Part shown: in pieces, positions 1-11,691 of the stretch
Layout: every line of letters starts with the position of its first letter
How positions within the stretch are numbered: the first letter of the stretch is position 1
Translations under genes and position numbers: made by a program
Assembly (NCBI GenBank): GCA_004764695.1
Contig: SMSO01000014.1
Location: 987,648-1,051,647 of the forward strand
DNA: 64,000 nt
Direction: 5' to 3'
Origin: Schizochytrium sp. TIO01
Taxonomy: Eukaryota > Protista > Bigyra: Labyrinthulomycetes
Notes under the pieces: model-generated
Seen by the model: the letters and a program-made list of their open reading frames with translations, nothing else
Told to the model about the DNA's origin: nothing
Database searches by the model: none

Positions 1-3000
1 GTCTTTGTATCTACTGGAATATAAAGTTGATGGGAAGTAGACCTCAAGAATCAATGAGTGGTTTGCAGCTACTCTTGCCCCAAGCCTTACAGCTCAGCCA
101 TCTTTTATGCAAATGCCTTGTCTAATAATCCAAATCTTATATATCCAGAGAGAAGACATGGTTCATATACTTTATATAAAGTGGTAATGGTTACAGCGGC
201 ACGTGCTTGTATTTATTTATAGCAAAAAAGGAATAGGATTGCACACTTTCCGAATCTGAATAAGGCTGCCAGCTCTTGGCAGCCATTCAAGAGCTGGCAG
301 CCATTCAAACATGTGCTCGGCACACAAGTGTCCGGACTCTTTGATGCGTCTATGAAATACATATGTCAAAACTCTAGTACACAAAATACGTCAAGATGCA
401 GCAAGCTCGTCGTTTTAGGAATACAAATTCATACAGTTGATAAATGAACAATTTTTTCGTGTCTTATTCAAGTAAAGCAGCTAGACAATACCTTCTAGCA
501 GTACTGGGGGGATCGATATTCCTTGATTGACCAGAAAACTTGCAGGAAATTCAACCTGCCAAGCGTCGTTCTGTTTCTGTTAGTTCTCTGATTCACAGAA
601 GAGAAGAAAATAGTTTCATTTAAAAAGCATTTGTCCCACAAGGCGAACGTTCTAGGACATAAGAGGTGAAGTTGCTGAATTCAGCTGGTCGACACAGTCC
701 TGTATCTCTGCACAGCTCCATTCATGGTAGAAATACTTTGCAAGATTCAGAAGAGTCGAGTTGGTTTGCTGTGCAGCCGCCATGCAGGGTCAAGGGAAAA
801 GTCGTGATGAATCAAGGGATTTCAGCCTGGGTGCTCATACCTTTCAGCTGTTTTGGAGAGACAAATGAGCTTGATTCGATACCTGCCCACGAGCTGGTCG
901 ATGCTCCTCAGACGCGAACAAATTCGAGACGGGGCATGGAAATAGCGAACTTTTTATCAAACAAAGGATGTTAGCGCACGAGTAGTGTTTTGAGCCCACT
1001 ATACAGACGTTAACAAACATATCAAACAAACGTGCTGTACGTGCCGGCAGCACCTTTTAAATATATAATGTTTATCATGGCACGCGCAGCACTTTTCATA
1101 TCCATTCATAATGTAATCGAAACAGATCGCCATGCCTCCGAGGATCGGCTTCCGGATTCACATGGATCCATTCGAATGGTTGGTAGTAGTCGCGGTATTC
1201 ACTTCCATGTGCCACTCAAGATGCCTACTCCCCAATCCAAGGCCCAGATTGAGGCGCGCGTCAAAGTATTCATCCGCGCAACCTTCGAAATTGTAGCGAC
1301 ATGAGCGTGAGTAGCTAGCAGCTTCTTTCGCCTCACCGTGCAGCCCAGAACGTCGCGGCGCCACTGCTGGTAGGACTGCACAAGATCTCTGCACCTCCTG
1401 CTTCTTGACTCGTGCTCTTAGAAATGTGCCTTTACAGTAGCCATCACTCCTCGCCTCGACTCCAAGCTGTCCAAGCGTGCTTGTGGCCCCCCTGACGCTC
1501 CCAACTACCAACTACCGAATCTTCAGATTGGCCCACAGTGACCAGATCAAGTGTGCACACCTCCATTGATTGATCAGCATCTTTTCTTGATCAAACAAAA
1601 GCGCCCACAGAGCTCTTGGTTTGGAACTAAAGAAAAGGAATAAAAACTAAAAATTAGAATGAGGGAAGTAGATTAAAATCACAAAAAGGAGGTACCAGTC
1701 AACTATTTCCAGGTTTTCGAAATTGTCATGATGGCACTTGAGCAGCATCGAGGCACCAGCTAGCTTAGCTAGGTACCTACAAGTTTGTTGAAAGAAGCAG
1801 TCGCGCTGCGTTTGAGGATTGTTACGGCAATACGTAGTCTTGCTGTCGGGAGATCTTGACTTGTAGAACGCAGGTTTTACTTCGTACGTGCCTGCCTACC
1901 TACCGCTGCGTATCGAGCGACGAGAGCGGAGCTTTTTTGCGAGTCGAATTGTTTGAATACCTGCGATTACTTAAAGGTTTTACAACAAAAAGAGTACCTT
2001 TTAGAGGTTGTATAGCATGCCTTTAAGAAAGAAGAAGAGAAAGGAATACACCGGAGTGGTGGCTTAGGCTCATCTATCGCTAGCCTAGTCTTCCCCACGA
2101 TCATCCACCTTCTTCATAGACTCACCCAAACATACATCACGATCACCTTGAAAGGCTACAGTATTTAAAGGCGAGGGGCACAACCAGCACCATAAATGTC
2201 TACACGGCGGTTTTCGCTCAGGCTGCGCCAGGAATTGCAACGTCAGAAGATTCGGCTGATACGCGACACCAAGTTAGTGAAATGGTAAATTTGATGTTCA
2301 TGGAAAAGACCAAAAAGAAACGTGAGGAAATTGAGAGCCGCGCGTCCCGCCTTTTAATCAGGCTCGGATATAAGTTCTCATGTGCAAAGCTGCGTTAATT
2401 CTTTCTTGGAGGCAATCGGCTCTACCCTGGTTGTAAACAATTTGAAGTAGTTTGCAATCAGCTCACGTTAACCTTTTCACGCGGCCTACTCAACCATATG
2501 AATCATTAGCATTTCATCCCTCATGCACCTGTTCACCGAGTTTGAGCCACGATGTGTTCAGAAGTGAAGGCACCGCTGGTTTCTCCTTTGGGAGTGTATG
2601 GAAATGCATAGGGACGAGATGGATTATCAGCACGTAGGTTTGTCTGAAATCAATGGGGGGTTACACTTTGTAATGGTTTACAAGTGCCTAAAAAGGGACA
2701 TAATGGCGTAAGAGCTGTTCAACTAAGAAACAAGAGCTCGCGAAGCTTTATTCAGGGCTTTGCAGTGCGTAACCTGGAGCGTTCGGGAGGAATGGACGGC
2801 GATTTGTGAGCCGCAGCTCATAAGAAGCAGGAATGCAACGATTGGTTAGAAACCTGGAACGTGCTCAGCTAAGTTGACGAAGCGAACTTAATTCATCAAA
2901 GTATCTGAATCTTCTTTTGCACTTTGCCCGAGTGATACTTCCAACTTACAACCCATTGCGGCCTCAGCTTTGTAGTCGCCAGTGGCTCGTTGTACCTGCT

Positions 3001-4506
3001 GTCTATTAAACATCTCTAATTGCCTACAATTCTTTCATGTAAAAAAATTAATTAATTTGAATTAAGGAAGGCTTGCGGAGATGGTCACTTTAGAAAAGTC
3101 GCTCGGATTCCCAGTTTATAGCTGAAAGTCCAACTCTTTGAAAAACACTGCTGAGCTTTTGGGGCGAAGGTTTTACTGGCACAATGCTGAAAGATACAGA
3201 CCCGGACTTTAGAACGAACTTCCTCTCCGCAATGATTTATCTTCATTTAAAAAATAAAATAAAAATGTTTTCATTCTAAAAATAAAGCAAAATAAAATAG
3301 AAATGAAAATAAGTGAAATGAAATGAAGAAAAATTATTATTATTATTATTATTATTTTATTGATATCACAAAAATAAATGTTTTGTTGCTCTCAACAAAA
3401 GTAAACTTGAGTTATATAGTAGCTTCTCTTCCTTCCAAACTCCTCCACATCACATTATAGAACGGTTTTATTCATAAATGCAAAACAAAACATTGTCACT
3501 AAAAAAAAAAAACTAGGCTTACTCCTTTATTATCAAAATTATTAATTTGAAAGAATAAGTACATATTAAAGAATTATAAATTGTTTAATTAAACAAGTGC
3601 TCTGATGCACCTTAAATTGGTCCTGTCAAGCTGTGCATCAGGTTCATGTTGCCCATCTCGGTCTCACGCAAAGAAAATCTAATGCCTCCACCTTGGCTTC
3701 TGTGGTTTCGTCAGTACAGCACTTACAGCAACATCAAATAAATCAAAGAGAGAAAATTGTATCTAAAAGGAGTCGCGCACGTGATCCGAGATCGGAAAAC
3801 AAATACTTTCACTTGTCAAAAAGTTGGATGGACAAGCAAAGCAACCTAAGTCCCACACCAAAACAAGGGTGATTTTGCAATCCTGGGCAACACTATGAGA
3901 AGACGAATCCAAGGTACCCTCTGGTTACGTATGCAATTATAGGGGGCAGGAATCCGGAAGGTCATCAAGGGGATCAGGGGTTCATTGGGGGAGTCATGTA
4001 AGTATTCAACTTTATACTACCCTCCATAGGATATCCTAATTATATGTGTTTTGATATGGAACTTTTGGCACTCCTTTGGAAAAAAAAAAATGTCTCAAAT
4101 CTCTCAACAACTACGAAGCAAACGCTACTTAGCTAGCGGGGTATTGATGGATGAGTATAAATAGCACGAAACTCAACTCTAAAACAACGGAGCAGACACT
4201 CTCATCTATCAATTTGCACCTTCATTTCGTTTCACGCTTCTAGACCAGCCCATTTAATTGCAAAATAAACTAAGATAAGAAAGCGGGAAAAAGCACATTA
4301 TCTGCTTCAAAAAAGAAAAGTTTGTCTTCGTAATACATTAAATGGCTATCGTTTGGAGCGGATTTCCAAGGTTGAAGACCTCGAAACATTGTTTTGCGCG
4401 CGCTGCGTCGCGGCTCAACTCTATCTGAAACACGTTTTGTGGCGCTTGGCTTACTCTGTCCATTGTTTTCTTTTCTCTTTTCTAAAACTCGGTAATTGAA
4501 GAGCAT

Positions 4507-4516
4507 GCACGTGCAG
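4507..4516 (+). promoter_or_regulatory. GCACGTGCAG E-box-like element upstream of SLC34 copy 1
   Basis: The identical 10-mer lies upstream of copies 1, 2 and 3 (-457, -640, -449) in otherwise unalignable spacers. Confidence 0.6.
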
Positions 4517-4963
4517 CGAGGAAATTCTTGACATAGAGTTACCAAGGTACCTTTATTCTGAGGTTCCATACGTACTGCAGGACATTCCTATGTGTCTTGG
4601 CACACTTTATGGCTAAATTGCGGTCAGAGGATCGTGCGAAGGACAGACATTACAAATAGGAGAAGGTTGTCTCATAGAAAAGCCAAGATTCGGCGTACTC
4701 TCAAGGATCACCATGAAGCAACACAGCTACCTCCAAGTGTCTCTGCGCATAGATATCATGAATTGACAAAACTATGTTGTCTACCTTGTAGCAGCCAATA
4801 TTTAATAGATCAAGATGGTTGTTCGGTCTTGCCAATGCCAATCGGACCAAAGCAAACCCGAAACTCAAGAGAGAGCAAACAAACCGAGAAAAACAAAGAC
4901 AGGTAAAAGAAAGGCTCTGACCTTTGCAACCATCGTCTTCAGTTTTTCAACTTTTTCGCAACA

Positions 4964-6643
4964 ATGCAGATGCCTCATTTCACGCCCAAGGGCGTAGCCA
5001 TCGGCTTTGGCCTCTTTGTTGGCATTCTCTTCTTTCTCTACTGGTTCCTTGTTGGTCTTGCCCTTCTTGGTGATGCCTTCAAGATTATTGCTGGTGCCTC
5101 CTCTGGTTCGCTCTTCAACTCTGTCTCAAACCCTGTCGCTGGTCTCATGGTCGGTATTCTTGCTACCGTCCTCGTTCAGTCATCCTCCACCACCACCTCG
5201 ATCATTGTCGCAGCTGCTGGCGCTGGTGTTTTGCCCGTCTCCACTGGTATCCCGATGGTCTTCGGTGCTAACATCGGTACTTCTGTCACCAACACCATCG
5301 TGTCTCTTGGTTTTGTCGGCGACCGTGAGCAGTACCGTCGCGGCTTCGCTGGTGCCACTGTCCACGATATGTTCAACTACATGAACGTCATCTTCTGGCT
5401 TCCCCTCGAGTCCATCTCCTCTGCTATCAACGGTGGCAACGGTGGTGTGCTTTACCTCATCACCAAGGAAATCGCAAAGGGCTTCACTGCTTGTGAGGGC
5501 GACTGCGAGGACTGGGAGGGCCCTCTTAAGGTTATCACTGAGGCTATCTCCAAGCGTATCATCACTGTTGACAAGGATGTTATCAAGGATTTCGCTTACG
5601 GCAAACCCTCCATCGATCTTTGCAAGGACTTCCTCTGCACTAGCCAGTACGACTCTGACACCAACACTTGCCACAACCACAAGTTCAACCAGAAGCGTTG
5701 TGCCACCTCCGAATATGCTGTTGTCGGTCACTGTAACGAGTTCGGCAACAACACCAAGGCCAAGGCCGAGTTCAACTATTGCATTCGTGACTCACTCAAT
5801 GTGTCTGTCTCCGATATCACCGTCGACCAGGATGCCCTCTCTGGCGCTCTTGAGCACTTCAACAGCTACAAGCTCAACAAGGCTGGTGCTTTCTATGAGG
5901 CTGGTATGCAGACTTCTGCTGGCTGGGTCGCTCTTCTTCTCTCTCTTGTGATGCTCATTGGATCTCTTCTCTGCATGGTCAAGCTTCTCGGAATTGCAAT
6001 CCGTGGTGCTGCTGAGGATGTGCTCAAGAAGGCTCTCAACATGAACGGCTACCTCGCGATTATCGTTGGCTGTGGTGTGACAATGTTTGTGCAGTCATCT
6101 TCGATCACAACCTCGACTTTGACTCCTCTGGTTGCTATGGGTACCTTGACTTTGGAGGGTATGCTTCCGTTGACTTTGGGAGCCAACATTGGAACTACGT
6201 TGACTGGTGTTTTGGCATCGTTGGTGGGCTCTTCAACCGATGGATTTCAGCTTGCTATGTGCCACGTGCTGTTCAACGTGTTTGGTGTTTTGATGTTTTA
6301 CCCTTGGGAACGTATTCGTGAGCTTCCTCTCAGTGCAGCGCGTCATTTGGGTGATCTTGCTGCTACGTTCAAGGCCTTCCCTGTGTTTTACATCATCATG
6401 TTGTTCTTGGTGTACCCTGGCTTCTTCCTCGCCATTAGTGTTGCATACGACACCAAGAATGCTGGAGGTATTGCTGGTGGTACTATTGCCATTATTGCTT
6501 TCGTTGCGATTCATGTTGGCTTCTTCTTTTGGTACCTCCGCCGCGGAGGCAAGCAGATCTTGGTCAGCCGCTTTGGTTTTGATGAGGACAAGGCACAAAA
6601 CTCTAAGCTCGAGTCTTCTGCAGTCAACCCGATGAACCTCTAA
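4964..6643 (+). CDS. SLC34A: Sodium-dependent phosphate cotransporter, SLC34/NaPi-II (NptA-like) family, copy 1 (559 aa)
   Basis: Intronless ORF with both inverted-repeat signature motifs (LVQSSSTTTS...GANIGTSVT and FVQSSSITTS...GANIGTTLT), the GATVHDMFN and HVLFNVFG motifs, multiple TM segments and strong codon bias. The symbol is at family level only. Confidence 0.96.
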   Translation: MQMPHFTPKGVAIGFGLFVGILFFLYWFLVGLALLGDAFKIIAGASSGSLFNSVSNPVAGLMVGILATVLVQSSSTTTSIIVAAAGAGVLPVSTGIPMVFGANIGTSVTNTIVSLGFVGDREQYRRGFAGATVHDMFNYMNVIFWLPLESISSAINGGNGGVLYLITKEIAKGFTACEGDCEDWEGPLKVITEAISKRIITVDKDVIKDFAYGKPSIDLCKDFLCTSQYDSDTNTCHNHKFNQKRCATSEYAVVGHCNEFGNNTKAKAEFNYCIRDSLNVSVSDITVDQDALSGALEHFNSYKLNKAGAFYEAGMQTSAGWVALLLSLVMLIGSLLCMVKLLGIAIRGAAEDVLKKALNMNGYLAIIVGCGVTMFVQSSSITTSTLTPLVAMGTLTLEGMLPLTLGANIGTTLTGVLASLVGSSTDGFQLAMCHVLFNVFGVLMFYPWERIRELPLSAARHLGDLAATFKAFPVFYIIMLFLVYPGFFLAISVAYDTKNAGGIAGGTIAIIAFVAIHVGFFFWYLRRGGKQILVSRFGFDEDKAQNSKLESSAVNPMNL

Positions 6644-9150
6644 ACATCGAATAAACTCTCTTGAGAGACCATTCAAACCTGTCATAGCGTCTCTGGGCAT
6701 CCCCGTCTTTATATTTTGCCCACGTAGTTCGTTTCTTTAATTCTGTGCAAGCATTTTAAATTGTGTTGAAAAAAAACTCTTGAGAATTGTGCAATTTGGT
6801 TGTGAAAACAATGTTTTGAAGATTGGCGAGGTTCTACCTACCTTTAAAAAAGAAACGTTCTCAACTTGAAACTATCAATTGAGGCTGACAATGTGACTGC
6901 AATCCCAGGTCTCGTCGTATACGAAAAGTGAAGAACGATGGCGCCACGACGTTGATTTCGGAGGAAAATCTAACCCTCGTGTCCCACGCGTCTCCAGGAA
7001 CTTTAGCTCATCTCTGAACAAATTCGAATGTCGATGTGCACTGCTACATGTTGGCTATGAAAAGTCACCTACACACTGAAACATTTCAATTACCCAGTGA
7101 ACTATCCACTGTCTTTTTTACGATACCTATTGCAAAGATATCCTGAGTAATGTTACGTAAGCTTAGATGTAACGAGAGAATGAATACATTGGTATGGCTT
7201 TGGCACTGGCCTTCATAAAATCAAATGTTGTGCCACGCAAGTACATACAGGCAACTTTTCTCAACAGATATTTTAAGGTGCATCCCAATCGAGCTTCTTT
7301 TTCATTTCCAATTTTTTTTTTAATGAAAAAAAAAAAAACTCCAGAGGAAAAAGACGGATTGGCCCCCAAAAGAGATCAGAGAGCATATACAATAGCTCTC
7401 ACACGCCGTAAGTAAAGCTATGTCGATACAAAAATATGTAGAAGAAAAAAAAACAAAAAAAAAACACGAAGGTCCCCTCCACGTTGTTACCTTTACACGT
7501 TGAAGTCTTGATTTGGACTATTTTTTTCTTTTCTTTTTTTTTTCTCCACGAAGGTCACGTCTTCAAAGTTATACATTGTCTGGTTACTTCCAAGTGTCTT
7601 TATATAACTTAGCTGACTAGATTCGATTGGGGGGTGTACAGTGCAAGTCACGAGTCCCAGTCCCTGTTGTTATGGCACGTGTTTTTATTTGTTTTTGCTT
7701 GTTCATTTCAAACAGCTTTGTATCTCTGACTTATATTTCGCAGTGAAATTGTAGACATTGGAGCGTTGAGATGCAATTTCATCAAGGAGAGGCTAGACAT
7801 TCGAAAGAATGTCGGTCATGCTGATACGCTTCTGAGACCATGCTATGTTTACATTCCATGTCAACAAACTAAAACATGGCTGCAAAACAAAGTCTTTATC
7901 CCAGTTGTCTCCCTTTGAGCATCTGTTGGCGACAGAACAAGCCCTATCATAAGTTCGGCAATCAGAAATGTACGTGTAGTTTCAGGGAAAGAAGGTTGTC
8001 CCAGAAAATATATCGACCTTATAGTTACTAGGTGAACACATCCTTCTGAACCCTGATATATTGTTGGTCATGTTCTCCCTTAAAACATCAATGCGATCAT
8101 CTCAGTAGATGAAGATAGTGCCACATTAATTTGCAGTGCTTTTTGGATGCGATTTGAAATTTCGTCATGAACCAACTAACCTAGTTGGAATTTCAATTTC
8201 ACAGCGATGATGCTTACTTCTTCTTAACAAACTACAGACCGGAGACGAGACCAGGCGCAGCGAGGGTGGACCCTTTTTCGGTTCTTTATAATTTAATATT
8301 TCCGGCACGTGTGGTATATTTCTTCTTTGAGCAAGAATTGCAGTATTCTTTAAAAACATCTACAGGTTTGTATCAGCTCATGCGAAAGAGACTAAATCGC
8401 GACTCAAAGATGAACCCCTGCGAATCCCCATTCCGCGTGACCAAAGTTTCTACTTCTTCCCAATTTAAAAAGAAATGCGAAATGGTGCAGCACCATGAAT
8501 CTTCTGAATGAAATCGAGTAGTACTTGGAGGTTTTACACAGGCTGCAAGGGAGAAGGACCACGAGGAGGAAGGCACAACCAGCCACTGGGAGCATTGGAA
8601 GCACGTGCGAGCTGCGTTTGCACTCTATTCAAGCAAGCACGCTGCTGCAAGCCCGTTCATTTAAAGGAATTCATTATAACCACTTGCTCTACGAGGTCCT
8701 AGTTGCATCTTCAAAAACCGATTTGAAAAAAATGCAACAATTTAAGGTGGATTTAAATGTAGACGAACACGTCGACACGATCGAAAAGCCTGTGTCCACT
8801 GGAGAGAAAGTAAGGTAAAAACGTTGGTTTCTAAGTACTTACCACACCTATGCATCAAAATACGATCCAAGTGAGTTCCTGGAGCGCTGGTATGAGTGGC
8901 TTTCGCCGCATCTATTCTTGTTTACACTTCACAGTCCAGTGGGTCAAATTATTATTTTTCAAGGCTTGATTGCAGAACAATCAAGATGGTGTTAAAATTC
9001 GCGCTATCAGAGAAAATATTCAGAAACAACGATATAACACCATCCCTTAAATATTGCTATATTGATATGTAAACGTACATCAGAATTATAGCATACGTTT
9101 GCGTACAGTCTGTCCCATCAGAGTTCAATATTTCCATATTTGTCTTGCTT

Positions 9151-9218
9151 TTTCCTTTCCTTTCCTTTCCTTTCCTTTCCTTTCCTTTCCTTTCCTTTCC
9201 TTTTTTTTTTTTTTTTTT
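9151..9218. repeat. (TTTCC)10 plus poly-T
   Basis: Read directly from the sequence. Confidence 0.95.
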
Positions 9219-9365
9219 CAATTTAAAATTAAAAAAGAAAAGGAAAAATAACTATTACACTTTCCTGTTCAGGCACAAATTGAGCCTATTCAATTTTTAT
9301 TTTTCTTCACAGTAAAAAGTGTTTTACATAAAAGAAGAAAAAAATGATAATGCACAGCACGCATG

Positions 9366-9375
9366 GCACGTGCAG
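9366..9375 (+). promoter_or_regulatory. GCACGTGCAG E-box-like element upstream of SLC34 copy 2
   Basis: Same 10-mer. Its extended context CATGGCACGTGCAGCA also matches 1076-1091 at 15/16. Confidence 0.6.
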
Positions 9376-10005
9376 CAACGTCTTTGAGCAAGACAGACTT
9401 GGGTTAACTTCTTTTTTTCATAGGACTTAGTCACAGATGTCCACCGCGAAAGCCATCATTATTGACGTTCGGCTGCCCTTTCCTAATTTCAATTAAATGA
9501 ATATATATATAAATAAATGAAAAAAGGAAAAAGCAACAGGGGGCTGTAAAGTTTGAAAGGAATGAGGAGAAAGTAGCACATGGTTCTCGCTTTGAACATC
9601 GCAAAGAAACAGAACACAAGGGACACATCACGAATGTAATGACAGTAAAGTGTGGCTCAGTTCCTCACTAGAAGAGGGGAGGTCCTTTCTCTAAAGCAAA
9701 AACAGAATGGTTGCCTCCGTTGCCTAATTTTTAATTTTTTTAACTTCTTTCATCCTCTCTAACATCAGGGAGACCATCTTGAGAGTATACACTCAAGACT
9801 GATTGTATATGTCCAAGGAAGAAGGATTAAGAGAGTCACCAACTCGCAAGCATTGTGCCACAACTTGCCCCGGATTGCAAGCAAAACCACAACCTCCAAA
9901 GTCTCAAGACAAAGCAATTCCACAACCTCAAACCATCAACGATTTTTGGAGCTTAGGAGTCCACTCCATTTTCATACACATTTCACAGACTTTGCCAACC
10001 AAAAA

Positions 10006-11691
10006 ATGCAACTTCGCATGCCTCATTTCACGCCCAAGGGCGTAGCCATCGGCTTTGGCCTCTTTGTTGGCATTCTCTTCTTCCTCTACTGGTTCCTTGT
10101 TGGTCTTGCACTTCTTGGTGATGCCTTCAAGGTTATTGCTGGTGCCTCCTCTGGTTCGCTCTTTAGTGCTGTCTCGAACCCAGTTGCTGGCCTTATGGTT
10201 GGTATTCTCTGTACTGTCCTCGTTCAGTCATCCTCCACCACCACCTCGATCATTGTCGCAGCTGCTGGCGCTGGTGTTTTGCCCGTCTCCACTGGTATCC
10301 CGATGGTCTTCGGTGCTAACATCGGTACTTCTGTCACCAACACCATCGTGTCTCTTGGTTTTGTCGGCGACCGTGAGCAGTACCGTCGCGGCTTCTCTGG
10401 TGCCACTGTCCACGATATGTTCAACTACATGAACGTCATCTTCTGGCTTCCCCTCGAGTCCATCTCCTCTGCTATCAACGGTGGCAACGGTGGTGTGCTT
10501 TACCTCATCACCAAGGAAATCGCAAAGGGCTTCACTGCTTGTGAGGGCGACTGCGAGGACTGGGAGGGCCCTCTTAAGGTTATCACATCCGCCATCTCCA
10601 AGAAGATTATCAGTGTTGACAAGGATGTTATCAAGGATTTCGCTTACGGCAAACCCTCCATCGATCTTTGCAAGGACTTCCTCTGCACTAGCCAGTACGA
10701 CTCTGATACCAACACTTGCCACAACCACAAGTTCAGCCAGAAGCGTTGTGCCACCTCCGAATATGCTGTTGTCGGTCACTGTAACGAGTTCGGCAACAAC
10801 ACCAAGGCCAAGGCCGAGTTCAACTACTGCATTCGTGACTCACTCAATGTGTCTGTCTCCGATATCACCGTCGACCAGGATGCCCTCTCTGGCGCTCTTG
10901 AGCACTTCAACAGCTACAAGCTCAACAAGGGTGGAGTCTTTTACAAGGCTGGTATGCAGACTTCTGCTGGCTGGGTCACTCTTCTTCTCTCTCTTGTGAT
11001 GCTCATTGGATCTCTTCTCTGCATGGTCAAGCTTCTCGGAATTGCAATCCGTGGTGCTGCTGAGGATGTGCTCAAGAAGGCTCTCAACATGAACGGCTAC
11101 CTCGCGATTCTCGTTGGCTGTGGTGTGACAATGTTTGTGCAGTCATCTTCGATCACAACCTCGACTTTGACTCCTCTGGTTGCCATGGGTACCTTGACTT
11201 TGGAGGGTATGCTTCCGTTGACTTTGGGAGCCAACATTGGAACTACGTTGACTGGTGTTTTGGCATCGTTGGTGGGCTCTTCAACCGATGGATTTCAGCT
11301 TGCGATGTGCCACGTGCTGTTCAACGTGTTTGGTGTTTTGATGTTTTATCCTGCTCCTCGTATTCGTGCTTTGCCCATCAACGCTGCTCGTTATTTGGGT
11401 GATCTTGCTGCTACGTTCAAGGCCTTCCCTGTGTTTTACATCATCATGTTGTTCTTGGTATACCCTGGCTTCTTCCTCGCCATTAGCATTGCATTCGACA
11501 CCAAGAGTGCAGGTGGTATTGCCGGTGGCGTGATTGGTCTCTTGGCGTTTATTGCGATTCATGTTGGCTTCTTCTTTTGGTATCTCCGCCGTGGAGGCAA
11601 GCAGATCTTGGTCAGCCGCTTTGGTTTTGATGAGGACAAGGCACAAAACTCTAAGCTCGAGTCCTCTGCTGTTAACCCTATGGGTGTTTAG
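10006..11691 (+). CDS. SLC34A: SLC34 Na+/phosphate cotransporter, copy 2 (561 aa)
   Basis: Same motifs as copy 1. The ORF track starts at a non-ATG codon (9853). The first in-frame ATG, in aaaaATG context at 10006 (MQLRMPHFTPK), aligns with the paralogue N-termini. Confidence 0.95.
   Translation: MQLRMPHFTPKGVAIGFGLFVGILFFLYWFLVGLALLGDAFKVIAGASSGSLFSAVSNPVAGLMVGILCTVLVQSSSTTTSIIVAAAGAGVLPVSTGIPMVFGANIGTSVTNTIVSLGFVGDREQYRRGFSGATVHDMFNYMNVIFWLPLESISSAINGGNGGVLYLITKEIAKGFTACEGDCEDWEGPLKVITSAISKKIISVDKDVIKDFAYGKPSIDLCKDFLCTSQYDSDTNTCHNHKFSQKRCATSEYAVVGHCNEFGNNTKAKAEFNYCIRDSLNVSVSDITVDQDALSGALEHFNSYKLNKGGVFYKAGMQTSAGWVTLLLSLVMLIGSLLCMVKLLGIAIRGAAEDVLKKALNMNGYLAILVGCGVTMFVQSSSITTSTLTPLVAMGTLTLEGMLPLTLGANIGTTLTGVLASLVGSSTDGFQLAMCHVLFNVFGVLMFYPAPRIRALPINAARYLGDLAATFKAFPVFYIIMLFLVYPGFFLAISIAFDTKSAGGIAGGVIGLLAFIAIHVGFFFWYLRRGGKQILVSRFGFDEDKAQNSKLESSAVNPMGV

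Noticed and set aside
9853-10005. 51-aa N-terminal extension of copy 2
   Set aside because: Starts at a non-ATG codon and has no counterpart in the paralogues.
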